DNA from: Microthyrium microscopicum
Lineage: Eukaryota
DNA length: 64,000 bases
Reading direction: 5' to 3'
NCBI GenBank assembly: GCA_010405405.1
Contig: MU004237.1
Coordinates: 1,127,345 to 1,191,344, forward strand
The number at the start of each line of letters is the position of its first letter. Within the stretch, counting starts at the first letter, position 1. The notes under the pieces were generated by a model that made no database searches, was not told the DNA's origin, and was given only the letters and a program-made list of their open reading frames with translations. Of this stretch, positions 13,751 through 28,552 are shown in pieces. A program made the position numbers and the translations under genes.

Positions 13751-14683
13751 ATGCTAGTCATCGTAGGCGCGTCCGGTAAAATCGGCGGAGCAAGCCTTTC
13801 TTCCCTCATCACCGAGAAATTAGTGCCAACAGATGAGATAGTCTGCACGACATCTGCAGCCCCAGATTCTGCAAAATGGAAAGGACTCGCGGAGAAAGGT
13901 GTCCAGGTTCGACATGCAACTTTTGACGATCCTGGGTCAATGGAAACAGCATTCGCCGGATGTGACAAACTCTTCCTCGTCTCGTCTCCACGCATCAAGA
14001 TGGATTTCTTTGATGCTCCATATGGATCTGGCCGGGAAAAGGACCATTTCGTCGCTTTGGAAGCGGCCAAAAAGGCGGGAGTGAAACATATCTTTTACAC
14101 ATCCCTGGCCTTCGCGAACCCGTCCAAGTCAAATGTAATGACTGCCCATGAAAGGACGGAGGAACGACTGCATGAAATGGAGAAAGAGGGGATGAAGGTG
14201 ACGATTCTGAGGGAAGGATTGTACAACGAATCCTGGCCGCTTTACTTTGGACATTATAATGCCACTGGAGACGATCGGAGTCAAGTCATCATTGCCGGTG
14301 ATGGAAAGATTTCTTGGACAGCTATTGCGGACCTTGGGTATGCAACTGCTTCAATCATCGCGGCGCCAGCGGAATATGAAGGGAAGACGGTGTATCTTTC
14401 CAGCACCAGCGGAGCAAAGTCCTTGCAAGATATTGCCGAGATTGTCTCAAAAGAGAAAGGAAGTGATATTAAGCTCGAATTTGTCACACGTAGTGAGCAC
14501 GAAGCCTTCTATATCGACGACAAGAAGATGGACGAAGGGCAGGTCAGATGGTGGGCTGCTACTTACGATGCGCTGAACGATGAGGAGTGCTTTATCAAAG
14601 ACCAGACATTTGAGAAGATCATGGAGACAAGAGGCAGAAAGCCAAAACCTGTTGAAGATACTATTCGAGAGATGTTGCATTAG
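13751..14683 (+). CDS. NmrA-like/atypical SDR NAD(P)-binding oxidoreductase
   Basis: Intronless 310 aa ORF with N-terminal Rossmann motif (VIVGASGKIGG), AAKKAGVKHIFYTS, H..TE..L, ILREGLY and GDGKISW....DLG motifs. Confidence 0.85.
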   Translation: MLVIVGASGKIGGASLSSLITEKLVPTDEIVCTTSAAPDSAKWKGLAEKGVQVRHATFDDPGSMETAFAGCDKLFLVSSPRIKMDFFDAPYGSGREKDHFVALEAAKKAGVKHIFYTSLAFANPSKSNVMTAHERTEERLHEMEKEGMKVTILREGLYNESWPLYFGHYNATGDDRSQVIIAGDGKISWTAIADLGYATASIIAAPAEYEGKTVYLSSTSGAKSLQDIAEIVSKEKGSDIKLEFVTRSEHEAFYIDDKKMDEGQVRWWAATYDALNDEECFIKDQTFEKIMETRGRKPKPVEDTIREMLH

Positions 14684-15153
14684 TAAATACTTGTATGATG
14701 TCCTGTTGTAGCTTTGCCGACACATGGTCACGGCTTGGCTTGCCGCAAGACATGTGTCTCGTCAAGAAGGCTCTCTCCATAATTAGAAGATAGTTGCCTC
14801 TAGAAGAAGAGATAATCGATACTTTGTGCTGTTTTGATGGAGTTGCGCTGGTCCGGATAAGCAGGAGTCGTTAGGGAAGTAGGTTTACATTGCCCTGGTC
14901 TACAGCGCCCCTGGCTCGGACTACATACATCATCTACATCGTGATATCCCAAACAGAACACAAGAACATGCTCATGCTTCCCCCATTATTTCTATATTTA
15001 CCGTCGCACTCTTTCCCTTTGAGCTCTTCCTGGACATGAGTTCTTCTCAATCAGAGGATCTGGACTGCCCGTCTCCTCCCCACAGCTCCATGAGCTAGCT
15101 AAACCACTCCGCATTCCCTCAACCAGCCACCACCATATATCGCGGAGAACATC

Positions 15154-18100
15154 ATGGCGATGACACGCGAGCCGGAGAAGAAGCTGAGATACCGTATTTC
15201 TTATGGTATGTGCGCTCTGCCGGGTCTATATGCGCAAAGCTAAATATTGAAAGTCCTTCCGCTTCAAGCAAATGCGGATGGCGGACATCGGCTAGGGGTC
15301 AACGGGCTTGCTGTAGATTCCGAACAATCCATACTGTATCTCGACCTTTCCTCTCTGTGACAATTGATCTAATGTCGAGTCTAGGTATTCCGGAGGACGA
15401 GATGGCGTAGTATGCGCATGGAATCTGAACCATGATATACGGCACCGGGCATCCCTCTACGATACTCACAGGACGGAACGTTCGTCCCCAGACCCACAAT
15501 CAGCCGCTTCCGCTGCCGGTGTTCTTGCTCGCACTACCACTGGAGAATCGACAAGCTCCCAGCATCCTCCTACTCCGGCCTCTACACTTCGACGAAAAGT
15601 TCAGGCGCATACACATTGGATCAATGATATATCGCTGGTTCACCACAACCAGGCTGTAGTGTCTGCCGGATCGGATCGAGCAATAAAACTCTGGCGGCCT
15701 ACTCCCGAGCCCTATCCGCTTAATACCCCGAGTACAATTGGTGTCCATGGAGACTATGTCAAGGCTCTTGCTTCGCCTGGTCGTGATTCAACATGGATTG
15801 CGTCTGGTGGACTCGACAAGAGGGTTTCTCTATGGGATATAACTGGCAAAGGCGAAATTCTTGGCATCAATGTTGCAGAGCAAGCCGACAATCAGCATAA
15901 AGCAAGTGTGTATTCTGTCGCAGCCACTAGAAATCTTATTGCAGCGGGGGGGCCAGACAGTATCGTACGGCTCTGGGATGCGAGGAGTGGCAAGAGAGTC
16001 ACCAGATTCGTGGGACATACTGACCTCATTCGTTCAATCTTAATTGCCGAAGATGGAGAGACTGTCATGACCGCATCCTCGGACTCAACTGTGAAGCTTT
16101 GGGACATGGGAAGCGGTCGCTGCGATCATACACTCACGATGCATAATGAGAGCGTCTGGCGATTGTACTCTGAAGATCCAAAATTGAAGGTTTTCTGGTC
16201 TAGCGACATGACGGGGCTAGTAGCAAAGACCGACTGGAGAGGCAAAGCTGAACTCGATGAAGGTGCATGTGTGGCAGTATGTCATGAAGCTGAAGGAGTG
16301 AGCAACATCGTTGCAGCAGGAGGTTATATCTGGACCGCAATCAAAAAGTCGAGCATAAACCGGTGGTTAGATGTACCCATTGAAGAGACCGAGTCGATAA
16401 TGACGGAGACTGCATCAATGCATCATCGTGGAAGTATCATGACTCTTCCAAGCAGAACACGGGGAGCATCTGGATCAATATCACAGTACAGCAATCCTTT
16501 TGCAGATTCACCTAGGCATAATAGTCCTGCTCCACCTGTGCCTGGCGAAATGACTCGCCAGGTCTCTTCTGGTCAAGTTTCAGCTAGAAACGTACTTAGG
16601 CTCTCGGTCACAGCACCATTCCCTATATACCGATACAAAGATGTAGATACTTCAACTCTTCATTCTACTGCTAGTATACGGCGACCAACGGAGCCATTCG
16701 ATAACGACGATGGACAGGCAAGCTGCGTGCGGACCTCGCCAGATCATACTATTGAAGGACAGCATGGTTTGAGCAAACACGTCCTGCTGAACAACAAGCG
16801 AAAGGTTCTTGCAATAGACACCGCTGGAGAAGTTACTATGTGGGATCTAATCAAGGTTTGTGCCATATCATCTTCACTGATTCGAGTGTGCTAATTCCAT
16901 ATCAAGTGTGTTCCAATACAATGTTTTGGCAAACGCGATCTGGACGATGTTCTCTCAGAAGTCAATACATCGGAATCGGTTGCTCATTGGTGTACAGTAG
17001 ATACTCGAATGGGTGCATTAACTTGTACCCTTGAAGATCATTCCTGCTTTGAAGCAGAAATGTACGCTGATGAGTATGAGGAGGGTGCAGATATCGAGTT
17101 CAAGGAAGACCAACGAAGTAAGTTTCACTCCATCAACTTTCAGCTAACAGGACTAATTCAATCAGTAAACCTCGGTAAATGGGTCCTCAGATATATATTC
17201 GACAACTTTCTCAATGAAGAGATCCGCCGAGACGAAGAATTTCGTCGTAATCTTTATCTACATCACCATCCAGAAGCTGAACAAGACCGGCCTAGAGGAC
17301 CACCAGGTTCAATCAAGATTCCTTCTCCACGCATGACAAGCTGGCTCGATACGTCTTCAACACCAGGTTCCGCGTCAACTCTTAGAGCAATTAATGGATA
17401 TCATGCTAGTCATACTCCGGGCCTTTCTATCGGTCTGGCCACTCCTGCACCTCCACTACCAGGATCTCCAGATGCCAATAACTTCCTAACTGTGGCAAGT
17501 ATCGTGAATGAACCTGGTGGCACTCACTCCAATCCCAGCTCTGCTCGCAACTCTTCCGAAGGCCGTAGTAGTGATTACTTCACATCTCGTCCTCTCTCCA
17601 ACGGTCAGGCTCCTTCAACTCCTGGTGCGCTCGCTGTTACACCAGGAGGCTCAACGACACAAGCCTTAGGTGCCAATACCCCATTAACCCCTTCAACCAC
17701 AGCCGCAAGTCGCCGTTCTCACGACCAACCACCAAACAATGTCCCAGGCGCGTCAGGAACCACTCTCGTCCCATCCGAAGGCGGCGAGGCTGCCACAACA
17801 TCCCCCGAAAAATCAAACTTCCTCGGAAAAATGCGCGGCATCAAATTCATGCCCAAAGGCTTCAAGAAAACCGACAAGGCCAACGACTCGAAACTTCCCG
17901 CGACCGAAGAACGCAGTACAGATCTCGACCCCAACGCATCCGCACTCGCCGATGAAGTCCGCGACAAGGACCTCTTTTATCACACCCTCACCCTCATGCA
18001 AACCGCCTACGAAAACGCCGCCAGCGCACATCTGCCCTCTACGGATCCAAATCCAGCCGTACGCTTCCAGAACCCGCTTCTCTCCCCAGCCGAGGCCACC

Positions 18101-18776
18101 GCACCAGGACTTGCGCAGACAAGCATCACACCCTCGCTGCCAAATGAGACACCAGTGCTCAAACTCCCGCCGCACATGGTAATCCTGCTTCAAGCAGAGA
18201 AGCGAGACTCGTCCGGCGTCGGCATGGGCGTCACGGATCTCTGGGAAGGCACAGTAGGCAGCACAGGCGCAGACGCAGATGTGTTGGAGCGCGTAGCACC
18301 TGGTTGGCTAGCAACACTATTGCTACGTAACGTGCTACCAATGCGAGAAGTACCGAAGATAAGCTTCATGCTAGAACCATGGGGTGGACTACTCCCGCGT
18401 GTATGTGTTGAGGCAAATACACGGCTCAACGCGAACCGCATGTTACGCGCGCGCAAGATTATGGGGTATGTGGCGGAGCGCATTGAGCCAATAAATGAGT
18501 CAGAGGCGATGAAAGCGGAGGACTATCTGGAACTGTACTGTAATGAGCAGGTAAGTTGCATACGCTCTGTTGTGATATAATGGCGTGAGTGCTGATGTGG
18601 TGTATTAGTTGATTCACCCGATGATGACGCTGGGTACTATACGGGCTTATACATGGAGATCAGGAACGGATATCTTATTCCATTACAAAGCGAATGGGCA
18701 GAAACAGATATTACATTGCCCGCAGGCAACTGCTGGCCTGGAGACACCGGGTACGAGTACGCAAGAACGGATTTAA
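15154..18776 (+). CDS. WD40-repeat deubiquitinase cofactor, WDR48/UAF1 (Duf1/Bun107)-like, 6 exons
   Basis: [14 protein letters not shown]-terminus, several WD40 repeats ([19 protein letters not shown]), C-terminal [13 protein letters not shown] and ELYCN motifs. Introns at 15206-15253, about 15335-15384, 16856-16906, about 17118-17165 and 18551-18608. Confidence 0.85.
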
Positions 18777-18945
18777 TGGATGATGGCTAAAGAGAGGGGA
18801 CGATTTGTATATAGGGTAGTGCTGTATTGGTTGTTTGAAGTATCTCTCAATTGATACCCAAGGATGTCGTCTATTCCATCAAGCTAGTATTTTGCCATGC
18901 TCCATGCGTCAGATCGTGTTAAGTCATTTCTCCATATCGAAAGCA

Positions 18946-20775
18946 TCACCACCCACCGCCCAGACTACTGGCCAGCCCAGCCACGCGTTCAACGTCACTG
19001 ACTTTCTTGCCAACATCGCTCTCCACTTTGCGATAGCTCGTACATATCAAATCTTGCACCGGCACGCCCACCACCTGCGCCCAATGCTCCAGCACTCCCA
19101 GCACCCGCCGTCTCGATATCCCATCTACCAAATCCCCATCTTCTACACTGTTTGATCCTGTACCGTTCTCATCGACATCCATCATTTCTGCATCATCATC
19201 TTCGCTCTCCGCAGAGAAATATGCCTCATCCACAGCTCCCAACCACGCCTTCGTCTCTCCCGGGCCTACGCGCTCCAACTCCTCCGGCAACCCTTCGCCT
19301 GCCCTGACATTGTTCACTTCGCCGGCACGAATTTGACCGCCGCCGTTCGTGCAGCCGCCTGGGCATGCCATGACTTCTACATACGCGTATGGCACGCCCA
19401 CAGCCTTCGCTATTCGAGATGTTCGCGAGGCAGCGAGAAGACGTGATGGTTTGGGAGGGTTGAGTTTTCGCACGAGATTTTGGATGTTACGGAAGCCATA
19501 GAAGCGCGCGAGCTGTACGATTGGTGTACCGTCTGCAGAGAGCAAGGCGTAATCATGTACATCGGCGTTGCGGCCGCGGGTGCTGGTTATAGTGCTGTGT
19601 GGGTGGGCAGCCTGTAGACGGAGGAGAATGTGGTGGAGGAAACCACCGGATGTGCCAGCGACTGGAGATGCTTTGCGAGGCGTGGATGGGAAGAGGAAGG
19701 GCCGCAGTGTGGCATCTGGGAAAGGTTGATGTGCGACTGGTGTGGAAGGGAGGGTGTGGAAGGGGATGCCGCGAGCGGATGCGAGAGAGATGAGTTCGCG
19801 GGCTGTTATGACACAGTCGACGTCACGGATAGGTTCCTCGGAAGGTGAGGGATGCCAGAGGGCGGATGTTAGTTCTGAGCGGCTGGCTTCGAGCTTCTTG
19901 TCAAAACAAGGCATTATAGCGAGATGCCAGACGTTAGATGGATGGATGCCGTGTTTAGTGAGCACGGATTTAACGAGAGTCCCTGCAAGTGCTTGAGGGG
20001 ATTTTAGGCGGGATAGATGTGGTAGGACGTGTGGATGTGTCTTTTCGGCGTAGCATATCCAGCCTGGACATGCAGATGTGAGGATAGGTCTCTTGGGTTT
20101 GTCTTTTATGGCGCTGCCATCGCCGAGGACTTTTCGATCTGGTTCTTGTAGCAGATCCGATACTTCTTCGGCTGATGCAACCAGAGACATTTCCCGGAAA
20201 ACATTGGAGTCCAGTACCCATTGAAACTTGCTCCCATGTTGCCCTCCACTTGCCAGTCCATCTGGGCCACTCAGCAATTGAGCAATCATATTCCCAGCTT
20301 TTCGCTCAGACACGCCAAATGTCGCCGCAATGCTCGCCCTGACCTGTGGACTCAAGGTCGCCACGAATACCTTGCCCTCACTCAATGCTCCAAAGCTGAC
20401 TTCCCCATTTGGTCGATGGCTCCCATTCATCGCGGTGATTCCATCGGTATGAGCGCCATGTCCGTTGACACCATTTCTTATCCTCTCCGGCAACTCCATA
20501 TTCGGCCAGCGATCCAAACTCCCCAGAACCTCTGCATGACTTTGCAAACTAACCAGCACCGCTTCAGCACTCGTCACACATCCCGAGCAAGCCAGACAAT
20601 CAGTCAATGTAATCTGCGCCGGCGCCGGATTCGCAGCAGCAAGTTTGTCTTCGGTAGTAACTTCGTATGGGTTCTCAGGGTCCGGTTTCGAAGGAAGTGA
20701 TTCAATCGGTTTTATACAAGCAACGCCCGGCGAGATAAAATCGTTGAGGTCGTCCGCTGAGAGAATTGCAGACAT
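18946..20775 (-). CDS. NAR1: Cytosolic Fe-S cluster assembly factor Nar1 (hydrogenase-like)
   Basis: MSAILSADDLNDFISPGVACIKP start (ATG 20775), ITLTDCLACSGCVTSAE, TSACPGWICYAEK, IMPCFDKKLEASR and EVMACPGGCTNGGGQ motifs; intronless. Confidence 0.95.
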   Translation of the reverse strand: MSAILSADDLNDFISPGVACIKPIESLPSKPDPENPYEVTTEDKLAAANPAPAQITLTDCLACSGCVTSAEAVLVSLQSHAEVLGSLDRWPNMELPERIRNGVNGHGAHTDGITAMNGSHRPNGEVSFGALSEGKVFVATLSPQVRASIAATFGVSERKAGNMIAQLLSGPDGLASGGQHGSKFQWVLDSNVFREMSLVASAEEVSDLLQEPDRKVLGDGSAIKDKPKRPILTSACPGWICYAEKTHPHVLPHLSRLKSPQALAGTLVKSVLTKHGIHPSNVWHLAIMPCFDKKLEASRSELTSALWHPSPSEEPIRDVDCVITARELISLASARGIPFHTLPSTPVAHQPFPDATLRPFLFPSTPRKASPVAGTSGGFLHHILLRLQAAHPHSTITSTRGRNADVHDYALLSADGTPIVQLARFYGFRNIQNLVRKLNPPKPSRLLAASRTSRIAKAVGVPYAYVEVMACPGGCTNGGGQIRAGEVNNVRAGEGLPEELERVGPGETKAWLGAVDEAYFSAESEDDDAEMMDVDENGTGSNSVEDGDLVDGISRRRVLGVLEHWAQVVGVPVQDLICTSYRKVESDVGKKVSDVERVAGLASSLGGGW

Positions 20776-21276
20776 GTTGCCACACCAGGTGGGGGAAAAG
20801 GAGGGGTATTTGGCGGTAGTGACGGTGGTATCTGTCGTGTATATGGTGAGGATTCGATTGAATAGGTACAATGGAGTATGTTTTTGAAGTTTGAGAAAGT
20901 GGCAAGAGAAGTTGAATTGGTGAGGGACAAAATGGTAGATTTCTAAGCGTATGGCGAATCCGCGGACATCAATCGAAAAATATCTACGCATGCATCGGAA
21001 TCGCGGTCGCGACTCGCGACTACCAGATCTGCACTAGGATCTATCCGATCTAAGATAAGATCTTTCCCAACCTTCAACTTCACCACTACGGTATCAAAGC
21101 ACCAAAGCTCCTGCATTCTCCACCAAAATATCACATCAACCACGCTCACAACACCTTCAACCATCCACCCAACTACCATATTCCAAAGCGCCGCATCGCA
21201 CCACACCACCGCAACCCAACTCGCCCCCTCAATTCCAAACCAACACAACCACATTCCAGTCTCCACGCAGTACAAA

Positions 21277-21592
21277 ATGTCAAACCCCTACCAAGCCCAA
21301 CAAGCCGCCTCCTCCGCCGCCGCCGCCAGCGCCAACGCCGGCTTCACAAACTACGTGCAAGAAAAGATCAACAACGGCGTCAACTACGTATGCGGCGACT
21401 GTGATTCCAAAGTCACACTCAAGACTGGCGATATCGTGCGCTGCAAGCAATGTGGTCATCGGGTGTTGTACAAGATGCGCACTGATCAGTAAGTTTATCC
21501 CCATGCGCGCGCGTGTGAGAACGGAAGTAATCGAGGGACATAAAAGCTAATGAGAGGGAAATCATAGGATTGTGCAGTTTGAGGCGCGGTGA
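21277..21592 (+). CDS. RPB12: RNA polymerase I/II/III shared subunit RPABC4 (Rpb12/Rpc10), 2 exons
   Basis: Zinc ribbon YVCGDC...VRCKQCGHRVLYKMRT; intron 21489-21567; last exon encodes IVQFEAR*. Confidence 0.93.
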
Positions 21593-22032
21593 TCTGTTGT
21601 GATGATGAGGGGATTTGAGGGATGAGAAGAGGGGAGGTGTTGGATCAAAGATGGGATTTGATTGGGATGGTTGTATCGGCATGTTTACAACCACAGGTTG
21701 CATCATGACATGTTTTTGCAACATCAAACCATTCACGTCCTTTCGCTATCGACCAATATAGCGCACAACGCTGCCTAGAATCACGTTATGCCATCTTATG
21801 TTCATGTAGACCAAATGAAAGACATCATGATATTCCTGTTTACAATGCAAAGATGCCTATCCTCTTTGTCGTCTCACATAGTGAGCAAACATCGTGACTA
21901 CTACCAGTTCATAGCTTCAGACAGGAATCAACTAAGCCGGTAGTCATAACCAGAGGAAACACGCATTCGCTAAAACGGACCGACTTCCTTCCAGGCAGCT
22001 AGCTACAGTGTCTAACAACCAAGGGATTTCGC

Positions 22033-24381
<2,349 letters not shown>

Positions 24382-25345
24382 GGTTCCGAGGCTTGTGGGG
24401 GCGCGAGGAGGTGGAGGCGGACAGAGAGAGGGGATTTTATGGCTATGAGATTGATATCATGGAGACGCGGAGAATGGGACAAGCGGGCGGAATGTATGGT
24501 GGCGATTGAAGCTGACTTTGAGTCAGGAGAGGAAGAAATGTTGGAAATGCAGGTTGGTGTCTGTTGAGGTTGAGCTTGAAACTGACCAAAGAAAGCACAA
24601 TCCCTGGCTCGTTAGCTCGTTGGCTCGCGGGGCAGACCACTTTGGCAAAAAGGGGGTAAGCACGACAGCCACTTCTCTCACCGCGATTTCCTTCTTTGGT
24701 CGAATTGATGTCGCCCTTTTCGAAATGTGCAACGAAAATTACCATTCATGGAAACCATTCAACGGTGAAGCTAGGAAAACACGCGATATTGCCCAATGCG
24801 GAAGGCAGCTTGAGTTTTAACTTCCAGTTTCCCACCACGTTAGAATTCCACGAGATATGAGAGGTCCCATTTCATCTTGGGCATCAGACACAGAGCTGAG
24901 CATGCCTAACGTTGTCTGGTACTTGAAATCAGATTATGTCCTAAAGACTTTTGATGCACTGCACCTTGTTCTTTGTACCAATTGCTGACCAGATGAATGG
25001 CAACTGCTCTATGAAATGTTAGAAGGACTGAGCCTGAGAAGGCCATTGCGTGTTTGTATGCTCATTAGACCCGTCGAGGCAATATCAGTTGCATGTTTAG
25101 CATTCAACGAGGAAGCCAAACAAACCATATAATCTGAATTAAATTTTATTTCATGACAAAATGTTGAAGAGACTGAATTTTCGAGAGCTTATGCGCCACA
25201 TTGGAACCCATGGACATCTTTGTCACAGCTCAGGCAACAACAACCATCATCCGTTGTCAACCCAAGGACATCAATTACATCAATTTGAATTCAATTTCCC
25301 ATCTCTAGACGCTCCTTCGTGCATAGAAGCATAAAGATTGCCTCG

Positions 25346-26446
25346 ATGGGTCATCACAATCGCCATTTCTCAGGCGATCCTTACTCTTTGAATGGCATTT
25401 GGGGACCCCCTACCAGTGCAGCAAAGTAAAACAGCCATTTCCTTCACAATTATATATGGAAAACTAACATATTCGTCATCTAGCTTCTGTGAAGAGGATT
25501 ATGCTGTTACCTTTTACATCGCTGAATTCATCAACGCACTCACCAACGTTACATACAGTAAGTACATTACAAATAGGTGGACAAGATAACCGCCGCCCCT
25601 GTCAATCACGATAGCTGTTATCGAATATTTGAGGCCATATGTTGTTTTCCCAGTTGCCGTTTGGAGCACTTCTCAGATAGAACTGCTTCTACGGAGGAGA
25701 ACAATCGAAGTTGTCGTAAAAGAAGGAAGAGGACAAGCCTTTTGATCGATGAAAAGCGGCCATCTATCTCGTCCACCAGTAATCAACTCACCGTCAGAAT
25801 TTACTAACAAAATCACCCAGTCTACTACGCTTTCAGATATGCCCGCAACCGCGGACGCAACCAAGCCTGGAATGGCCACGACTTGATGTCCATCTCTCTC
25901 TTCCTAGTTGGAGTTTCATCATTCATCTTCCACACCACCCTGCGCCAAACAGCACAGCTATTTGACGATCTCTCCATGCTACTTCTAGGAGCCTCATTCC
26001 TCCTATCAGTATACACCACCAACCAGACACCCGTAGTTCAATCTTTGCTAGCGACGATTATTTGCGGAGGCATCTCCATCGTCTCTGTCATATATCTTCG
26101 GACTGGCAATATGGTTTTGCACACCATTAGCTTTGGGACTGTACTACTGTTAACTGGACCAAGGACTTGGTACTTGATTCGCAAGCGCAAGGGATTGAGT
26201 AAGGATAAGTCGGGTGAAAAGAAGAAAAGCTCTGGTTTAGACTACAAGTTGGCTAAAGCAGGCGTGTTGCTTGTGGCTGGCTTTACTCTCTGGAACATTG
26301 ATTTGGTAATGTGTTCGCAGCTGAGGGCTGTGAGGAATTATGTTGGTTTGCCATGGGCCTGGCTTTTTGAGTTACATGGCTGGTGGCATATTTTGACTGC
26401 TGCTTCCGCTTTCGAGTTCATTGAACTGGTCAGAATCATCTGCTAG
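25346..26446 (+). CDS. Alkaline ceramidase (Ypc1/Ydc1 family), 3 exons
   Basis: WGPPTS..NFCEEDY....YIAEFINALTN, SFIFHTTL...QLFDDLSM and ELHGWWHILT motifs. Introns about 25427-25483 and 25558-25820. Confidence 0.9.
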
Positions 26447-27057
26447 ATGGTGGATGATCATCCACAGCTTGATTTGGCATTGACTCGAGTTGGTCATTAG
26501 CTCCTAATAATTGGCGATTATTCGTATCAAAGTAGAATGCTAATGTGTTGTCTTTCCAGAATTTGGCTGTACAAATTCGATGTCACATTGGCAACTCATC
26601 CCAGGAAACGGTTCTCAAAACAGTAGTTGATGGCTATGCCAAGTACACATTTAAGTAATGGTTTCTACCAGCAGATTGCATACTTTGGAAGTCTAATGGG
26701 ATTTCCGAAAGAGAGAACTGGACTACCTGTGCACGATCCTATATTGGTAACAGTATATATCGTTATAGGCTAACCCTCTACTTAGGTCTTCAACATATCG
26801 ACTGATTCTAAATTATTTTTCAAGGTTTCTCTACCAAATATTCTGGCCATTCATTAAAGTAGACATTTCAATATTCAGAAATGGCTAATTGATAGTCCGT
26901 GCAGTAAGTGTTACCGTTCAACGTCCCCCATTTTATCCTGATATAACTACTCTCATCCAAGGACTACGGATCTGAAAAGCGAAACATCCAGAGATCTTAC
27001 GTTGTCCACTGTCTGTCATTCGTTTGTCGAGCTCTCACTTGAAGGTAAACCCAGAAA

Positions 27058-28212
27058 ATGAAGTCTGTAACAGTCCTTGGCGCCATCGCCTCCAGCACTG
27101 CTTTAACAGAAGCCGCAAAGAGTCTCTGGGTCAACAATACTCCCCTCTCGGTTCAACCATATGCCATTCTCAAAGGACATGGCACTCCCCTAGGAGGCGG
27201 CGATGTATGGAATCGCTTTCCCGTCTCTGGAAACTCGTCTGGAGGCGCCTTCACCATCATGACCACCCACGGCCCAGGCGACCTACGAGCCGGACCACCA
27301 GGCCTCTTCCCCCACGTCCACAAAAAGACATACGAGAACTTCTTCGCCACCAAAGGCCGCATCCAACTCTGGGCCCAAGGCCTCGACGGCTTCCTAAAAG
27401 GCACCACCCAACAACTCACCCGCATCCTCACCAAAGGCGACTTTGGCGCCGTCCCCCAAAACGGCATCCACACCTTCAAAGTCCTCGACCACGACTCCAC
27501 CCTAACCGGCGTCCTAGTCCCGGGTGGATTCGAAGAATTCTTCTTCGCCATGTCAAAACCAACCTTCAACCCAACCGCGCTAAACACCTGGGACGTATAC
27601 CCGCAACTAAACTTCACGCCTCGCGCGGACGCAGTAAACAGCAAAGGCGGCGAAGGCAACTGGTACAACGGCCCAAACACGCTCCCAGGCAGCAACGCAA
27701 ACCCCTATTTTATCGCAAAGAACTATGGGCCCAAATATATCAATGACAAACACGGCTACTACCAGATCATCACGCCGCTCGTCACTGGCAAAGAGAGCAA
27801 TAACCAGTTTGCGCAGGGCCATATTACTATGGATTTGAAACGAGGGAATAAAACCTCGCCAACACAGAAGGTTGCGCAGCATATGGCGTTTATGCTTGAG
27901 GAGGGTGAATTGCATGTTGGTGTGGAGGGGTATGATGAGGTGAGGTTGATTGAGGGTGATATTGTGTTTGTGCCGAAGAATACGCCGTTTACGTACTATG
28001 CGGGGGCGGAGTTTACAAAGTTTATGTATGTTAGTGGTGGAGGAGATGGGCTTGATGCGACGCTCATTCAGGGTGGGAAGCCGACGAGTAAGGCGGTTTA
28101 TCCGGTTAGTCAGGATGAGGCGACGGCGTTTAGTGCGCCTGGTATTTCTGATGGTGGGAAGGGAGGGAAAGGTGGTATGCCGATGTTGAGAATTCCTGGA
28201 TTCAGAATATAG
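27058..28212 (+). CDS. Secreted bicupin, quercetin 2,3-dioxygenase-like
   Basis: Signal peptide; cupin metal motif PHVHKKTYENF plus IHTF; PGGFEEFF; PYFIAKNYGPKY; second cupin ending FMYVSGGGDGLD..LI..G. Intronless 384 aa. Confidence 0.85.
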   Translation: MKSVTVLGAIASSTALTEAAKSLWVNNTPLSVQPYAILKGHGTPLGGGDVWNRFPVSGNSSGGAFTIMTTHGPGDLRAGPPGLFPHVHKKTYENFFATKGRIQLWAQGLDGFLKGTTQQLTRILTKGDFGAVPQNGIHTFKVLDHDSTLTGVLVPGGFEEFFFAMSKPTFNPTALNTWDVYPQLNFTPRADAVNSKGGEGNWYNGPNTLPGSNANPYFIAKNYGPKYINDKHGYYQIITPLVTGKESNNQFAQGHITMDLKRGNKTSPTQKVAQHMAFMLEEGELHVGVEGYDEVRLIEGDIVFVPKNTPFTYYAGAEFTKFMYVSGGGDGLDATLIQGGKPTSKAVYPVSQDEATAFSAPGISDGGKGGKGGMPMLRIPGFRI

Positions 28213-28552
28213 TTGAACTTCAGCACGGTGTGGAAATAGGAGACGTATCAAAGTAGAGCTGATTTAGCTATTGAAGCCTCAGTCTCATTTGATTGTGAAG
28301 TGAACAGATGATCTGCTCATTCTACGTACGTTCTATCTACATTTGATGCGTCCCAACTATATACATCCCATCCTATACACTAGAATTATCGTAAAGGGTT
28401 TCGAATAACACATAACAATGAACAGAAGCAAGGAAAAACATTTGAGAGTATGAGACACTTATGCCTCATGATATGACAAGAGAAATAAACAAAAAATATG
28501 AACAGATGAATGACTGTGTAAACCTCCCCAACACTTGGGAATGGTTCTTCTT

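Noticed and set aside
20776..20991. N-terminal extension of the 681-aa NAR1 ORF
   Set aside because: The conserved Nar1 start MSAILSADDL is at 20775; the upstream sequence looks like UTR/promoter.
27153..28251. Long antisense ORFs over the quercetinase and other genes
   Set aside because: Shadow ORFs expected from codon bias of the sense gene.
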